DNA from: Chiloscyllium plagiosum
Lineage: Eukaryota
Length of the DNA stretch: 64,000 nucleotides
Direction: 5' to 3'
Assembly (NCBI RefSeq): GCF_004010195.1
Contig: NC_057752.1
Span: 3,585,639 to 3,649,638 of the forward strand
The notes beneath the pieces were generated by a model that saw nothing but the letters and a program-made list of their open reading frames with translations, searched no databases and was not told the DNA's origin. Made by a program: the position numbers and the translations under genes. This document shows, piece by piece, positions 1-13,395 of the stretch (positions within the stretch are counted from its first letter, which is position 1; each line of letters begins with the position of its first letter).

Positions 1-1840
1 CCTTCTTCACTATCCTATCTACCTGCGACTCTACTTTCAAGGAGCTATGAACCTGCACTCCAAGGTCTCTTTGTTCAGCAACACTCCTTAGGACCTTACC
101 ATTAAGTGGATAAGTCCTGCTAAGATTTGCTTTCCCAAAATGCAGCACCTCGCATTTATCTGAATTAAACTCCATCTGCCACTTCTCAGCCCATTGGCCC
201 ATCTGATCAAGACCCTGTTGTAATCTGAGGTAACCTTTATCGCTGTCCACTACACCTCCAATTTTGGTTGCATCTGCAAACTTACCAACTGTACCTCTTG
301 TGGTCACATTCAAATCATTTATGTAAATGACAAAAAGTAGAGGACCCAGCATCGATCCTTGTGACACTCCACTGGTCACAGGCCTCCAGTCTGAAAAACA
401 ACCCTCCACCACCACCCTCTGTCTTCTCCCTTTGAGCCACTTCTGTATCCAAACGGCTCGTTCTCCCTGTATTCCATGAGATCTATCCTTGCTAATCAGT
501 CTCCCATGGGGAACCTTGTCGAGCACCTTACTGAAGTCCAAATAGATCACATCTACCGCTCTGCCTTCATCAATCCTCTTTGTTACTTCTTCAAAATACT
601 CAGTCAAGTTTGTGAGAACATGATTTCCCACGCACAAAGCCATGTTGACTTTCCCTAATCAGTCCTTGCCTTTCCAAATACCTGTACATCCTGTCCCTCA
701 GGATTCCCTCCAACAACTTGCCCAACACTGACGTCAGGCCCACCGGTCTATAGTTCCCTGGCTTGTCCATACCATCTTTCTGAAACAGTGGCACGACGTT
801 GGCCAACCTCCAGTCTTCTGGTACCTCACCTGTGAGTATCGATGATACAAATATCTCAGCAAGACGCCCAGCAATCACTTCTCTAGCTTCCCACACAGTT
901 CTCGGGTACTCCTGATCAGGTCCTGGGGATTTATCCACTTTTATGCGCTTCAAGACAACCAGCACTTCCTCCTCTGTAATATGGACATTTTGCAAGATGT
1001 CACCATCTATTTCCCTACAGTTTATATCTTCCATGTCCTTCTCCACAGTAAATACTGATGCAAAATAGTCGTTTAGTATTTTCCCCATCTCATGCGGCTC
1101 CACACAAAGGCCGCCTCGCTGATCTTTGAGGGGCCATATTCTCTCCCTAGTTACCCTTTTGTCCTTAATGTATTTGTAAAAACCCTTTGGATTCTCCTTA
1201 ATTCTATTTGCCAAAGCTATTTCATGTCCCCTTTTTGCCCTCCTGATTTCCCTCTTAAGTATACTCCTACTTTCTTTATACTCTAAGGATTCACTCGATC
1301 TATCCTGTCTATACCTGACATATGCTTCCTTCTTTTTCTTAACCAAACCCTCAATTTCTTTAGTCATCCAGCATTCCCTATACCTACCAGCCTTCCCTTT
1401 CACCCTGACAGGAATACACTTTCTCTGGATTCTTGTTATCTCATTACTGAAGGCTTCCCATTTTCCAGCCGTCCCTTTACCTGCGAACATCTGCCTCCAA
1501 TCAGCTTTCAAAAGTTCTTGCCAAATACCATCAAAATTGGCCTTTCTCCAGTTTAGGACTTCAACTTTTGGATCTGGTCTATCCTTTTCCATCACTATTT
1601 TAAAACGAATAGAATTATGGTCGCTGGCCCCAAAGTCTTCCCCCATTGACACTTCAGTCACCTGTCCTGCCTTACTTCCCAAGAGTAGGTCAAGTTTTGC
1701 ATCTTCTCTAGTAGGTACATCCACAAACTGAATCAGAAAATTTTCTTGTACACACTTAACAAATTCCTCTCCATCTAAACCCTTAACACTATGGCAGTCC
1801 CAGTCTATGTTTGAAAAGTTAAATCTCTTACCATAGCCAG
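1..1840 (-). mobile_element. CR1/HER1-like LINE, ORF2 fragment (end of APE endonuclease, tether, start of RT), frameshifted, runs off window start
   Basis: ORF 600-1724(-) has CR1 motifs PTREDAKLDLLL, SDHN, KSPGPD, VPEDWRLANVVPLF, PGNYRPVGLTS, QHGFVRGKSC. A degenerate DFNF.NIDW motif lies near 1800-1830 and RT-like sequence continues to position 1 in a shifted frame. Confidence 0.95.
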
Positions 1841-2030
1841 TAATTTCCCCTTCCTATGTTGTTGATTCCCATGTGTACAATGACCTCCTGCTGGCCCTTC
1901 TCCCCCTTGAGAACATTCTGCACTCTCTCTGAGACATCCTTGATCCTGGCACCAGGGAGGCAACACACCATTCCGATTTTTCGCTGCTGGCCACAGAAAC
2001 GTCTGTCTGTACCTCGGACTACATAAGCAA
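1841..2030 (-). mobile_element. CR1 ORF1 SGNH/GDSL esterase-like fragment
   Basis: Translation VRGTDRRFCG...VCCLPGARIKDVSERVQNVLKGE...VIVHMGINNIG matches the recalled CR1 ORF1 esterase blocks (CLPGA, VHVGTND). Confidence 0.85.
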
Positions 2031-2289
2031 AGTTCACTCACTCACAGGAACAGATTCCAGCTGCACAAGCATGGTTCACACACAGGAGATGGGCCTACCC
2101 GCAAGGGCACAGCCCACAACCCAACCAGACCAGACAAGGCCCGGTCACATCACTGAGTCATCCTGGAACTCACAGGTCTCCTGATCAGCACCACTGGCCA
2201 TTTATCCAGCCATTTCAGGAGCCAGTTCTGACAAACAACAGTGCATACTGGCTGCAACTCAGCCAGCACACAGAAATCAGTTCTCCTCA

Positions 2290-2433
2290 CTGGAGCACAG
2301 TGGCTGTGGGGCCAGTCAGCTCAGAGTCAGTCCCCTGGACTGCGGAGATTCCAAATTGGTCAGCCAGGGCTTTCCTGATTGGCCAATCAAGGACCTTGTA
2401 GTCAATAAGATCCACCTGGTTCCAATCACTACA
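2290..2433 (-). repeat. Short LTR-like dispersed repeat, copy 1
   Basis: Shares gtcagccagggct..cctgattgg and a terminal ccaatcactaca (reverse complement TGTAGTGATTGG) with 6726-6939 and 24763-24960. Confidence 0.55.
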
Positions 2434-3314
2434 CTGTCCCAAGGTCAGCCCACAATGTCTTCCTGAAGCAGGGAAAGAATTGGAGAGTGTGCTTTAAATT
2501 CTGGTTTCCTATTTCATCTGCTTTCAGAGCGTGTGCAGTGCGCAGCCTGCATTGGGCAAGTTTAAGTGCTGAGGTGATACCAACTTCAACAGTTAAACGC
2601 AAAGCCGATTTAACGGAGCTGGAAATTCAGTCAATGCCACAACGAATCCATTTGGCCGTGAACGAAATTCATGGAAAGCTTGCGACATCGGGCAAATTTT
2701 GGACTAAATGTGGGTCTCGAGCACTTCTGCCTGATTGACAGTGCCAATCACACTCAGAGCAGGCCAGATGTCAAGGTGCAGATGGTTGGATTCACTGAAC
2801 CTCTCTTGAAAGGATGAATGAAAATAAGGCAAAACCATTTGGTTAATTGTGTTCTCCTTTTAAGAGACCATACCAAATCTGCCCTGTGATGAACTCAAAC
2901 CTATTTAGTTCATGGAAAGTTACTATGTCTTTCTCATCCAAAAGGACTACACAGAGGCCCACGTCCACTATTGAACCTGCCTGGTTATGCCTCACTGATG
3001 AGTGTGTTTCTTAGTCCCAATCAAGTAGGGCCCATACTGTTTCATGGAGTCCTTGGTCACCTGACCTGTTCTGAGCGTGACTGGCACTGTCAATCATGCA
3101 GAAATACTTGAGACTCACCTTTGTAAAGAGTCAATCAACACATTTGCTGAAAATCATCTTCATCTCTACCATTCTTTGGAGGCTTACGTTGCTGCTGGTG
3201 TGGACAGGTTCGAGCAGCTCAATTGCCCCACACATCAACAACTCAAAGGCATGCTGTGCAGCATTTTCCACTCACTAATATTAATAGCAGCCTGCTCATG
3301 CCATTGGGCTGAAT

Positions 3315-3770
3315 GACATTGCCAGGTCTGGACGGTTTGAGTTATAAAGAGAGGCTGGATCTGCTGGGACTTTTTTCACTGCAGTGTCGGAGGTTGAGAG
3401 GTGACTTTATAGAGGTTTATAAAGTAATGAGGGGCATGGATAGGGTTAATGGGCAGTGCCTTTTCTCTAGGATGGGGGGGTTTCAAGACTTGGGGTTACA
3501 TTGTTAAGGTGAGAGGAGAAAAATTTAAATAAGACATGAGGGACAAATTCTTTACACAGAGAGTGGTTTGTGTGTGGAATGACCTTCCTGAGGAAGTGGT
3601 GGATGTGGGTACAGTTACAATGTTTAAAAGACACTTAGACAAGTACGTGAATAGGGAAGGTTTGGAGGGATATGGGCCAGGAGTAGGCAGGTGGGATGAG
3701 TTTAGTTTGGGATTATGGTCGGCATGGACTGATTGGACTGAAGGGTCTGTTTCCGTGCTGTATGACTCCA
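3315..3770 (+). mobile_element. CR1 LINE 3' fragment
   Basis: LGLFSL..RRLRGD.IEVYK and FFTQRVV..WN.LP, FKRHLD, followed by 3' tail tgtatgactc. Confidence 0.9.
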
Positions 3771-3872
3771 TGAGTCAGAGCCAAATTAAATCTAATATTG
3801 AGAAATATTTTGGAGATGAAAAGGTGGGACTGTGTGACGAAGAGTTTTAGGGACTAGCTATTCACATCTTGG

Positions 3873-3974
3873 TAAAAACGAGGTAAAAACAAGGGCTTTT
3901 GCCCGAAACGTCAATTTTGCCTGTCCTCGGATGCTGCCTGAATTGCTGTGCTCTTCCAGCACCACTGATCCAGA
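3873..3974. mobile_element. Penelope-derived mini-element, 13-bp TSD
   Basis: attcacatcttgg at 3860-3872 and 3975-3987. Contains the hammerhead 3' half gggcttttgcccgaaacgtc. Confidence 0.8.
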
Positions 3975-5169
3975 ATTCACATCTTGGACCTGCACTCATA
4001 CTTATCCCAGATGGACAGGATGAAAGGCACTTGGATCTTAAACATGAACTAGATTTAAGCAAAGGGCATGGCACAGTACAACAGAGGGCACTCAGACAAC
4101 AATATTTGGCAATCTCCTTCAGCGCTGAGCTCCCTTCTCATTCTCTCGCCTTCCCAAGAGAGAAACAACAGCGCACTGGGAGGGAAGACAATGTAAAGGT
4201 GTATGTGGAGATGTGAATGTGGATGTAAGATTAAGCAAGAGCAGCATTGGGACAAAGCAGTCCGACAGGTCAGAGAAACCTTGCAGTCCTTCTGGAAGTT
4301 CATTACTTGCTTCTTGCCTGCAGGCCTCCGTTTTGTCAAATTGTGATGAAATAACGTTACTTCTGTCCAATGAGTTCAACCATACAAAGCATGAATGCTC
4401 AAGGGACTTAATTCTCATCCGCTCACAAAAATATCTGCAACTTCTGATATAAAATGCCATTGTAAATGAGATTTGAAGTGCATTTTGATAGTTCATATTC
4501 ATGGAGAAGTAATTGGCTTCAATTTAACCTGAAGTGGGTAAGACAAGTTCACCTGCAGACTGAGATGGCTCTCTCCATACATTCGAGCATGACTGTGGCC
4601 AATTTGTTAAGAAACATTAGGCTTGTGCGTCTTACTGGAGGCTGATGGGAATTGACATGGCGGTCCAACCAGATTCTACTGCTATATAATTGGTGCGTGG
4701 GCTTTTTCTTTCCTCTTCTCTGCCCTCTGTCAAACCAACAGGTTGATTGGGGATTTGCAGGGGATGTAATCTTCGACAGACAGCACAAACCCAGCTTATT
4801 AACTGACCACACCCTCTTCACTAGTGACGGCAGCAGCCTTCGGTGGAGCGCAGTTCTGAAAGCAACAGTGCCCCATCCGTCATGTCCCAGGACAGCCTGT
4901 GCTAAAAGTACACCCCAGCTAGGAGCAAAACCACAGTCAAACATGCCTTGTCTTCATGCAAACCCGATAGACACGCACGTCGTGGTTGCTTCATCAGATC
5001 GTGGTCACAAATGCAACCTCTGGCTGACCTTTCCCACTTGCACTGTCCCAATTAACCGCTCTCTGAACTGTTCAAATTAGTTGACTCGATACAAACAGGA
5101 AGGCTAATCTGAGGCCTCCTCATCTTAGAGGTCCTAATCGTCTCATTGTCAAGCAGAGAGACCGAGGGG

Positions 5170-6105
5170 CTGCAGGTACACAGGTCCTTGATAGTGGTAT
5201 CATAGGTAGAAAGGGTGGTGAAGAAGGCGCTTGGCATGATTGCCTTCATAGAACTATAGAAACATAGAAGGTAGGAGCAGGAGGAGGCCATTCGGCCCTT
5301 TGAGCCTGCTCCACCATTCCTAACCATCATGGCTGATCGTCCAACTCAGTCACCAAATCCTGCGTTCTCCCCATAACCTTGGATCCCCAAGTGCTATATC
5401 CAGCCGCCTCTTGAACACATTCAATGGTTTGACATCAACTACTTCCTGTGATAAGGAATTCCACAGGCTCTTTGGGTGAAGAAATGTCTCCTCATCTCTG
5501 TTCTAAATGGTCCACCCTGTTGGATGGTTAGTGATGAAGGTGTTTGGTATGCTTTGCTTTATTGGTCAGAGCATTGAGTACAGGAGTTAGGACATCATGT
5601 TATGGCTGCACAAGACATGGGTGAGGCTACCTTTGGGGTACTGTGTACAGTTCTGATTGTCCTGCTGTAAAGAAGGACATTATTAAACTGGAAAAGGTAC
5701 AGAAAAGATTCATAAGGATGTGACTGAGACTGGAAGATTCGTGTTATAAGGAGAGTTTGGATAGTGTGGGACATTTTTCCCCTGGAGTGTAGGAGGCTGA
5801 GGGGTGACCTTATCGTGGTTTATAAAATCACAAGTGACACAGATAAGGTGAATTGCAAAGGTTTTCTTGCTAGAATAGGGGAGTTTCAAAATGAGTGGGC
5901 ATAGTTTTAAAGAGAGAGGGGAAAGATTCAAAAGGGATCTGGGTAGCAAATGTTTTACACAGAGGGTGGTACGTGTATGGAATGAACTGCCAGAGGAAGT
6001 GGTGGAGGCTGGTACAATGATAACATTTAAAAGACATTTGGACAGGTACATGAATAGGAAAGGGTTTGGAGGGATATGGGCCAAACACAGGCAAGTGGGA
6101 CGAGG
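5170..6105. mobile_element. Cluster of CR1 3' fragments (+ about 5170-5250, - about 5250-5520, + about 5530-6105)
   Basis: Recurrent CR1 3' motifs and a catagaa tail on the minus strand. Confidence 0.8.
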
Positions 6106-6725
6106 AAACCTGGCTAAACCCAGGTTTCTGTGCTGTCTTGGAGTCTACTGGACTGGTGAAAACATCACATGAGTGGTGTCATCTGATTGACTGTCACATG
6201 ATCACACATCATGTGATCAAATCTCCAGAGCTTGATCCGCCAGGAGAACTTGTCAGTAATGATTGTGTGAGCTGCACACAATTATCTACCCACTAAATTA
6301 ATATACGGGATAGAATGGGCAGCACATAGACAAAGTAGAAATGGGCACTGCAGATGGATAACAAAATTGACCTGCCGCACTTAGATCTTTAATCATTCTG
6401 TTATTCTGTCACTGTCACAGAGTCAATATGGCACATAGGTAGGCTATTCGGCTATTGAGTCACACTGGCCATCTCTGGAGCCTTCAAACGCTCTTCCAAT
6501 TCCCTTTGAAAATCATTGATGGTCTCCACTTCCACCATCCCCACAGGCACCAAGTTCTAGATCATTACCACCCAGGGCACAAAAACATCCTTCTACATAC
6601 TCACCCCCCTCCTCCCCCACCACAAACAGCCCTCCCCCACTACTGCAACTCTTGCACAACCCTTAAATATGTGTCCCCTAGACCTTTCACCATCAGGCAA
6701 ATGGGAACAGCTTTACTGCTCTAAG

Positions 6726-6939
6726 CGTTCATGAAACAACTCCCCAGGGGTCGGTATCCCGTCACCAAGTCCCCCCTTTATTTACGCGGAGAGTCTGATC
6801 CAGCTCCCTCAGAACCAGCTCTGACCCTCCTGTTTCTATCTGTCAGCCAGGGCTCCCTGATTGCACCAGATTAACAGCCCCAATCAGGGAACTCAGGTTC
6901 TATGAGGTCCACCTGGATGACATCATTCCAATCACTACA
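6726..6939 (-). repeat. Short LTR-like dispersed repeat, copy 2
   Basis: ctcctgtttctatctgtcagccagggctccctgattg is shared with 24763-24960. Ends ccaatcactaca. Confidence 0.6.
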
Positions 6940-8224
6940 CATTCCTTATCTAAACCTGTCATAATCCTGTACATTTAAAAAAAAAAATCAAATCTCACCG
7001 GAACCACTTTTGCTTCGAGGTCTCTCAAACCTAACACTGGGTGCTGGAATCCCTCAGCGCAGAACCATTCTGGTAAGTCTCCTCTGCACCTTTTCAGGGA
7101 CTCTCTTTCCTTCCTCAAGTGTGGTGACCTGAACTGGTGACAATTATTTCAGAAAGACTTTCAATTTTCTTTGTGGCCAGCTCCTCTGAGCTGTTGAATT
7201 ATTCGACCATATGCGAACTAAATGGGGGATTTCTGTGATACATTTTCAAGAGGTTATGCAATCGGAGTGTGGGTTTTGCAAAGCGTAGAACCTGTTTCTC
7301 TGTGCTGTAACATTGGGCAAAATGTGATATTTGTCAAATCAGCAGATGGCAGCGGAAAATTCCTTTGACTGCGCTTTTTAGCAATACCTGTACAGAAAGA
7401 GAAGAAAATCAAAAGGAGTGCCTTTTTTTGAAATGTTAATATATACAGATAAACAGACGATCGCAGAGACAAATGCAATTACTCTGAGTGGTGAACCATT
7501 AAAGTGAGATATCTGCAGGCAGATGCCAATACTAAACTCCCAGCAAACGCAGGAGCTGACTTCACAGGTATCATTAGAACACAGAGCATTTCCATTGCAC
7601 AAATCACAGGTTTGCAGCTTTACTTCAGACTTGAATCTGGGATTCCTGGGGCAACCTTTGTCACAGAACATCACAGTACGAAGGTCGATGAAATAGTGCT
7701 TTGTGCTTTCTTAAGCTGTGTAAAAAAGAATACATTCTCTTCAACAGCCTTTTAATGTTTTGTGAATTGACTGTCATTATTACTTGAAATGTGCAATTTC
7801 AGAAGCTCGTGTCTTAAGGAGATCAGTATCATCCAACATGCAATAAATTTGATAACTAGCTTTAGCCTGAAGGTAATGATCAGGCAGTATGTTATTTTCT
7901 TGCTCATCAAGGGGACCGCAGAAAGCATTTTGGCTCATCGGGGAACTGGACTGCTTACCGAAACTAACCACAAGCAGAGAAAACCTAACCTTGTATTGGG
8001 AGATGCTTTATCCAAGTGTTTAATCATTCAGGCTGGTGACAGCTGCCACTGTGGCAAAATGAGATTCACGTAAATCCATGACAGGGGTAACCGACTGCAT
8101 CACCCTGACATCAGCAAGAGAGACGAGAGCAGAGGAGAGTGAGGATGTGAACAGAGAGGTCTTAGACACTACTCTAGGGAGCTGCAATTGATAACCTACC
8201 CTGTATAAATGAAGGAGTTGAAAA

Positions 8225-8810
8225 GCCTGACTCAGAGAGGGTTCAGAAGAGGTTTGCCAGGATGTTGCCAGGTCGGGAAGGTTTGAGTTAGAAAGAAAAG
8301 CTGGGAACTTATTTTCCCTGGAGAGTCGGAGGTTGAGAGGTGACCTTATAGAGGTTTAATAAAATCATGAGGGGCATAGATAGGGTTAATGGACGGTGTC
8401 TTTTCCCCAGGATGGGGGATTTCAAGACGAGGGGGAGCACATTTTTAAGTGACTCAAAAGCTTGAGATTTCAAATGAACCTGTCGGACTATAACCTGGTG
8501 TTGTGTGACTTCTGACCTTGTCCACCCCTCGTCCAACACCGGCATCTCCACATCACATTTTTAAGGTGAGAGGTGGGAGCTTTAAAAAAGACTTTTTTTT
8601 TTACACAGAGGGTGGTTCGCGTGTGGAATGAACTTCCTGAGGAACAGTTACCACATTTAAAAGCCATTTGGATAAGGACATGAATAGGAAACGTTTGGAG
8701 GGATATGGGCCAGGAGCAGGCAGGTGGGACTAGGTTAGTTTGGGATTGTGTTCAACATGGACTGGTTGGACGAAAGGGTCTGTTTCCGTGCTGTATGTCT
8801 CTGTGACTCC
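8225..8810 (+). mobile_element. CR1 3' fragment interrupted by a PLE-end insertion
   Basis: CR1 3' motifs on both sides of 8450-8553. Confidence 0.85.
8450..8553 (+). mobile_element. Penelope-like terminal fragment, 12-bp TSD
   Basis: cacatttttaag at 8438-8449 and 8554-8565. Same family as 60430-60580 (gaccttgtccacccc...caacaccggca.ctccacatca). Confidence 0.7.
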
Positions 8811-9264
8811 AGAGAGAAAAAGCAAGCAGCCTCAGGAACAATAAACAGAGAGAGCGAGGAGGAAAAACACATCTGTGTTGCCCCGGCAACCATCTAAACA
8901 ATTTAATGTTCAGTTGGAGCAAACAAAGAATGTATATCCAGACCCAAAATGGCCTGTAATTTATCCAGAACAATAAAAGGAAAAATCCTTGCAAACAGAT
9001 ATGCTGCTGCATGTGGGGACTGTTCTGGTTTCAGTCTTTATTAAAGGCTCAACAATTGATTTTAAATATTTTTCAGAATTTACCTAAGGGGAGTGTCCAG
9101 GGGTAAAAGAATACCAGGCTGCGATGAAGGGAAAGGAAATGCAATGTGAAAGGTCAAAATGGACTCTGCACAGCACAGAAGCCATGTTGTGAAGGTTGGC
9201 AAAATAGACTGCTCTGACATTCACTTAAGCTCAAATTGAAAACGATAACATCTTTGGGAAAGTC

Positions 9265-9800
9265 ACAGTCATAGAGATACAGCACGGAAACAGACCCTTC
9301 AGTCCAACCTGTCCATTCCGACCAGACATCCCAACCCAATCTAGTCCCACCTGCCAGCACCCGGCCCATATCCCTCCAAACCCTTCCTATTCATATACCC
9401 ATCCAGATGCCTCTTAAATGTTGCTATTGTACCAGCCTCCACCACTTCCTCTAGCAGCTCATTCCATACATGCACCACCCTCTGTGTGAAAAAGTTGCCC
9501 CTTAGGTCCCTTTTATATCTTTCCCGTCTCACCCTAAACCTATGCCCTCTAGTTCTGGACTCCCCCACCCCAGGGAAAAGACTTTGTCTATTTATCCTAT
9601 CCATGCCCCTCATGATTTTATAAACCTCTAAAAGGACACCCCCTCAGCCTCCGATGCTCCAGGGAAAACAGCCCCAGCCTGTTCAGCCTCTCCCTGTAGC
9701 TCAAATCCTCCAACTCTGGCAACATCCTTGTAAATCTTTTCTGAACCCTTTCAAGTTTCACAACATCCTTCCAATAGGAAGGAGACCAGAACTGCACACA
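9265..9800 (-). mobile_element. CR1 3' fragment
   Basis: ORF 9341-9613(-) SRTRGHRFRVR...NFFTQRVV..WNEL. Confidence 0.92.
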
Positions 9801-10039
9801 ATGTCCACTGCCACAACCGTTGAAACTTGCTGGATGGCTTTACAGACGACTGACTGACCGATTTTGAAGTCAGTTGCTCGAAATCATGTCTTGCGAGGCC
9901 AAAGGCGAAACCTTTAACGCTGGAATGGAGATGTGGATGAAAGTATATGTAAACTGCTGCACTCATTTCAGTTTGGACCGTGATATCAACAAGGTGACAG
10001 GAAATTTAAAAAATTATTTTCTTTATATACGTTCCTGTG

Positions 10040-10945
10040 GGGAGGTGGTGGCGTAAAGTCACTGGATTGGCAATTGAGAGTCTCAGGTTCTGGAGATGGG
10101 TTTGAGTGCCACCATGGCCGATGGTGAAGTCTCAATAATAATTCTTTTAATAACCTGGCCTCATGCTGACCATGGAACGGTGGTCGTAAAAACTCATGTA
10201 GTTCAATAACCTATTTTTAGGAAAGGAAATATGCCTTCCTCACCTGGTCTGGCCTGTTGACTCTAAATCCTCAGCAATGGGGTTGATGCTGCAGCTTTAT
10301 AGAACTTTAGTCAGGCCACACTTGGAATATCGTGTACAGTTCTGGTCACCGCACTACCAGGAGGATGTGGATGCTTTGGGAGAGGGGACAGAAAAGGTTT
10401 ACCAGGATGTTGCCTGGTATGGGGGGGATTTTAGCGATGAAGAAAGGTTGGATAGACTGGGTTTGTTTTCACTGGAACGCAGGAGGTTGAGGGGCGACCT
10501 GATAGAAGTTTATAAGATTGTGAAAGGCGTGGATAGAGTGGGAAGTATGAGGCTTTGTCCCCAGGGTGGAGGGGTCCATTACTAGGGGACACAGGTTCAA
10601 GGTGCGGTGGGGGAATTTAAAAGAGATGTGTGAGGCAGGTTTTTCACACAAAGGGTGGTGTGTGCCTGGAACACGCTGCCAGAGGAGGGGGTGGAAGCAG
10701 ACACAATAGCAGCATTCATCCGAGCGAATACATGAATAGGAAGGGATCAGAGGGATACGGATCCTGTAAGTGAAGACAGTTTTAGTATGGAAGGGCAAAA
10801 TGTGTCAGTGCAGGCTTGGAGGGCTGAAGGGCCTGTTCCTGGGCTGGATTGCTCTTTGTTCTTTATCTTATCTGCTCTCTGGACAAATAAGGATGGGAAA
10901 TATATGCTGGTCTAGCCAGTGATGCCCTCATCTCATGAATGAAAT
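10040..10945 (+). mobile_element. DeuSINE/SacSINE-like SINE interrupted by a CR1 3' fragment (about 10278-10865)
   Basis: The SINE head gaggtggtggcgta..., body cacctggtctggcct and tail tctagccagtgatgcc flank a CR1 piece (LYRTLVRPHLEY.VQFWSP). Confidence 0.75.
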
Positions 10946-11174
10946 TTAGAGTCTTTCAGATCCTCAGAATTTTCAATGATGTTGCTGTTGTGATGTTGAG
11001 ACACAGGAAAGCCATCAGAACCAATCTGGGAACAATCTGAATACCGTTTTCATGGCAGTACTCATTTTCACCACATACCTGGACAGTGGCTCTGTGCCAA
11101 AGCCTTGATTTAACCCACTCGGCCAATACCAATATCTCAAAGGGTTATTACTGCCTATGCCACCCAGCTTACTT

Positions 11175-11395
11175 TCGGAAAGAAAGAAACATAAAGGAAA
11201 TGAAAGAAAAGGAGAGATTTTTGAAAAAAGGGAATGGATAAGAGGGAAGAGAGAGAGAGAGAGACAAAGAAGGTAGGAAGAGAAAAGGAAAGAAAGAAAG
11301 AGAGGAAAAAAGAGAAAGGGAAAGAGGGAGTGGAAGGGGAAAGTAGAAGAATGGAGAAGAGAGAGATAGAAAGAGGGACAGTGAGAAAGAAATGG
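11175..11395. repeat. Purine-rich (GA/GAAA) low-complexity tract
   Basis: About 220 bp consisting almost only of A and G. Confidence 0.9.
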
Positions 11396-11683
11396 AACAT
11401 TTAAAAATTCTAAAGAGTCATATGGTCTTTCTGACCCGAGATGTTCAAACAGCTGGTTATAAAGCATGAACCAACTTCGAGCTCAGACAGCCTGTTGCCC
11501 CCATCAAAGAGCATATTAGAGTGCCCCTTTTTGCTCTTGACAGCAATGTCACAGACAGTTATCACAAAGAAATGCCTGTGGATTCCCAACATAGGTACGT
11601 ACTAGAGCGGGTTGAGCCATGATGGAGTAAATGCTGGCTGCCAGCAGGATTGGACTGGGCAATGAGGCTCGCTGTAGTCAAAT

Positions 11684-11899
11684 GAGGAGAAAGTGAGGGC
11701 TGCAGATGCTGGAGATCAGAGCTGAAAATGTGTTGCTGGAAAAGCGCAGCAGGTCAGGCAGCATCCAGGGAACAGGAGAATCGACGTTTCGGGCATAAGC
11801 CCTTCTTCAGGAAGAAGGGCTTATGCCCGAAACGTCGATTCTCCTGTTCCCTGGAGGCTGCCTGACCTGCTGCGCTTTTCCAGCAACACATTTTCATCC
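11684..11899. mobile_element. Penelope-derived fold-back mini-element, 12-bp TSD
   Basis: ctgtagtcaaat at 11672-11683 and 11900-11911. Near-perfect inverted repeat centred near 11809. Confidence 0.9.
11778..11813 (-). ncRNA. Minimal hammerhead ribozyme motif
   Basis: Minus strand reads ttc CTGAAGA a gggc ttat gccc GAAA cg TC gattc. Helix I is short. Confidence 0.65.
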
Positions 11900-12659
11900 C
11901 TGTAGTCAAATAGCTCACTACGTCTGACGGTCAAGGCCACACTCAAAGAGTGGGCATCTTAACAAGAGGCCAGTGTCGACAGCGCTGGATTTCAGTAAGT
12001 AACATGTGTTGGAGACAGGCTTGCTCTGCCAGATGGGAGGTGAATATTAGACGGTAGGGAAATGCACTTGAGTGTTTCGGCTCTGTCTCCCTCGAAGCCG
12101 TTCGTTTCGTGCAAACCTGACGCTTTGAATCACTGGACACAGATCAAACAAACTGGCTCATATTGATTGTGCCCATGTTGCACACAGTAGTGTAGGTCTC
12201 CTTAATGTGCAGCGTGAAACTAGCTTTCAGAAGGTGTCAGGTAATTGCACCTTCAAACAGCAGCCTGTGGCCTGGGGAGCAGGGAACCAAATGTGGATTC
12301 CAATCAGCTTTACAAGATCAATGTCTAGCGCGCAGTTAAAGCTAATCCTTTCTCACATCCCTGAACAAAAGCTGCAGCAATCGGTCTTGACTGAAATGAG
12401 AGAGAGAGAGAAAAAAGCACATAAATCTCCAAACTCCGGCCATTAGCAACTGCACTGGACGGGGGCCTGTGGAATCAAAACACAATCTGAAAACAATAAA
12501 ATAATCAAAGGCCTTATCAGAGGAGCTTTCCCTGCCTTCGGTCGAACAAAATGGACACACTGCTGTCAAGGGTCTTGGGATTAATTTCCCCTCAGAGGAC
12601 CAAGAGAAAATTATGCCGGAAATGGAATAAACTGGACTTGCAGTGTAGGAGAAAGTAAG

Positions 12660-13292
12660 ACCTATCGGAAAGATGTTGTGAAACTTGAAAGGGTTCAGAA
12701 AAGATTGACAAAGGATGTTGCCAGGGCTGGAGGATTTGAGCTATAGGGAGAGGCTGAATAGACTAGGGCTGTTTTCCCTGGAGCGTTGAAGGCTGAGGGG
12801 TGACGTTATGGGAAAAGCCCATCAGGTTCACAAATGGAAGGAAACTGTCATCCTTACATAGTCTGGCCGAAATGTGACTCCAGACCCACAGCATGGTTGG
12901 AGGATTTGAGCTACAGGGAGAGGCTGAACAGGCTGGGGCTGTTTTCCCTGGAGCGTCAGAGGCTGAGGGGTGACCTTTTAGAGGTTTATAAAATTATGAG
13001 GGCCATGGATAGGGTAAATAGACAAAGTATTTTCCCTGGGGTCGGGGAGTCCAGAACTAGAGGGCATAGGTTTAGGGTGAGAGGGGAAAGATATAAAAGA
13101 GACCTACGGGCAACTTTTTCGCACAGAGTGTAGTACTTGTATGGAATAAGCTGCCAGGGGAAGAGGTGGAGGCTGGTACAATTGCAACATTGGGTGCTGG
13201 CAGGTGGGACTAGATTGGGTTGGGATATCTGGTCGGCATGGATGGGTTGGACCGAAGGGTCTGTTTCCGTGCTGTACAGCTCTATGACTCTA
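12660..13292 (+). mobile_element. CR1 3' fragments (with a short SINE piece near 12810-12892)
   Basis: LSYRERLNRLGLFSLERQRLRGDL.EVYK and a (ctatgact)n tail. Confidence 0.85.
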
Positions 13293-13293
13293 T

Positions 13294-13395
13294 GACTGCA
13301 GATGCTGGAGATCAGAGGCAAGAGTGTGGTGCTGGAAAAGCACAGCAGGTCAGGCAGCATCTGAGGAGCAGGAGAATCGACGTTTCATCAGGAAA
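13294..13395 (-). mobile_element. Penelope terminal fragment with hammerhead helix II deleted
   Basis: ctgcagatgctggagatcag...gaatcgacgtttcatcagg. Confidence 0.7.

Noticed and set aside
7660..7715. C1 (phorbol ester-binding) domain exon HKALFHRPSYCDV
   Set aside because: A stop codon follows and the remaining Cys/His ligands are absent.
11015..11467. Hydrophobic 150-aa membrane-protein ORF
   Set aside because: Antisense translation of a GA-rich low-complexity tract.
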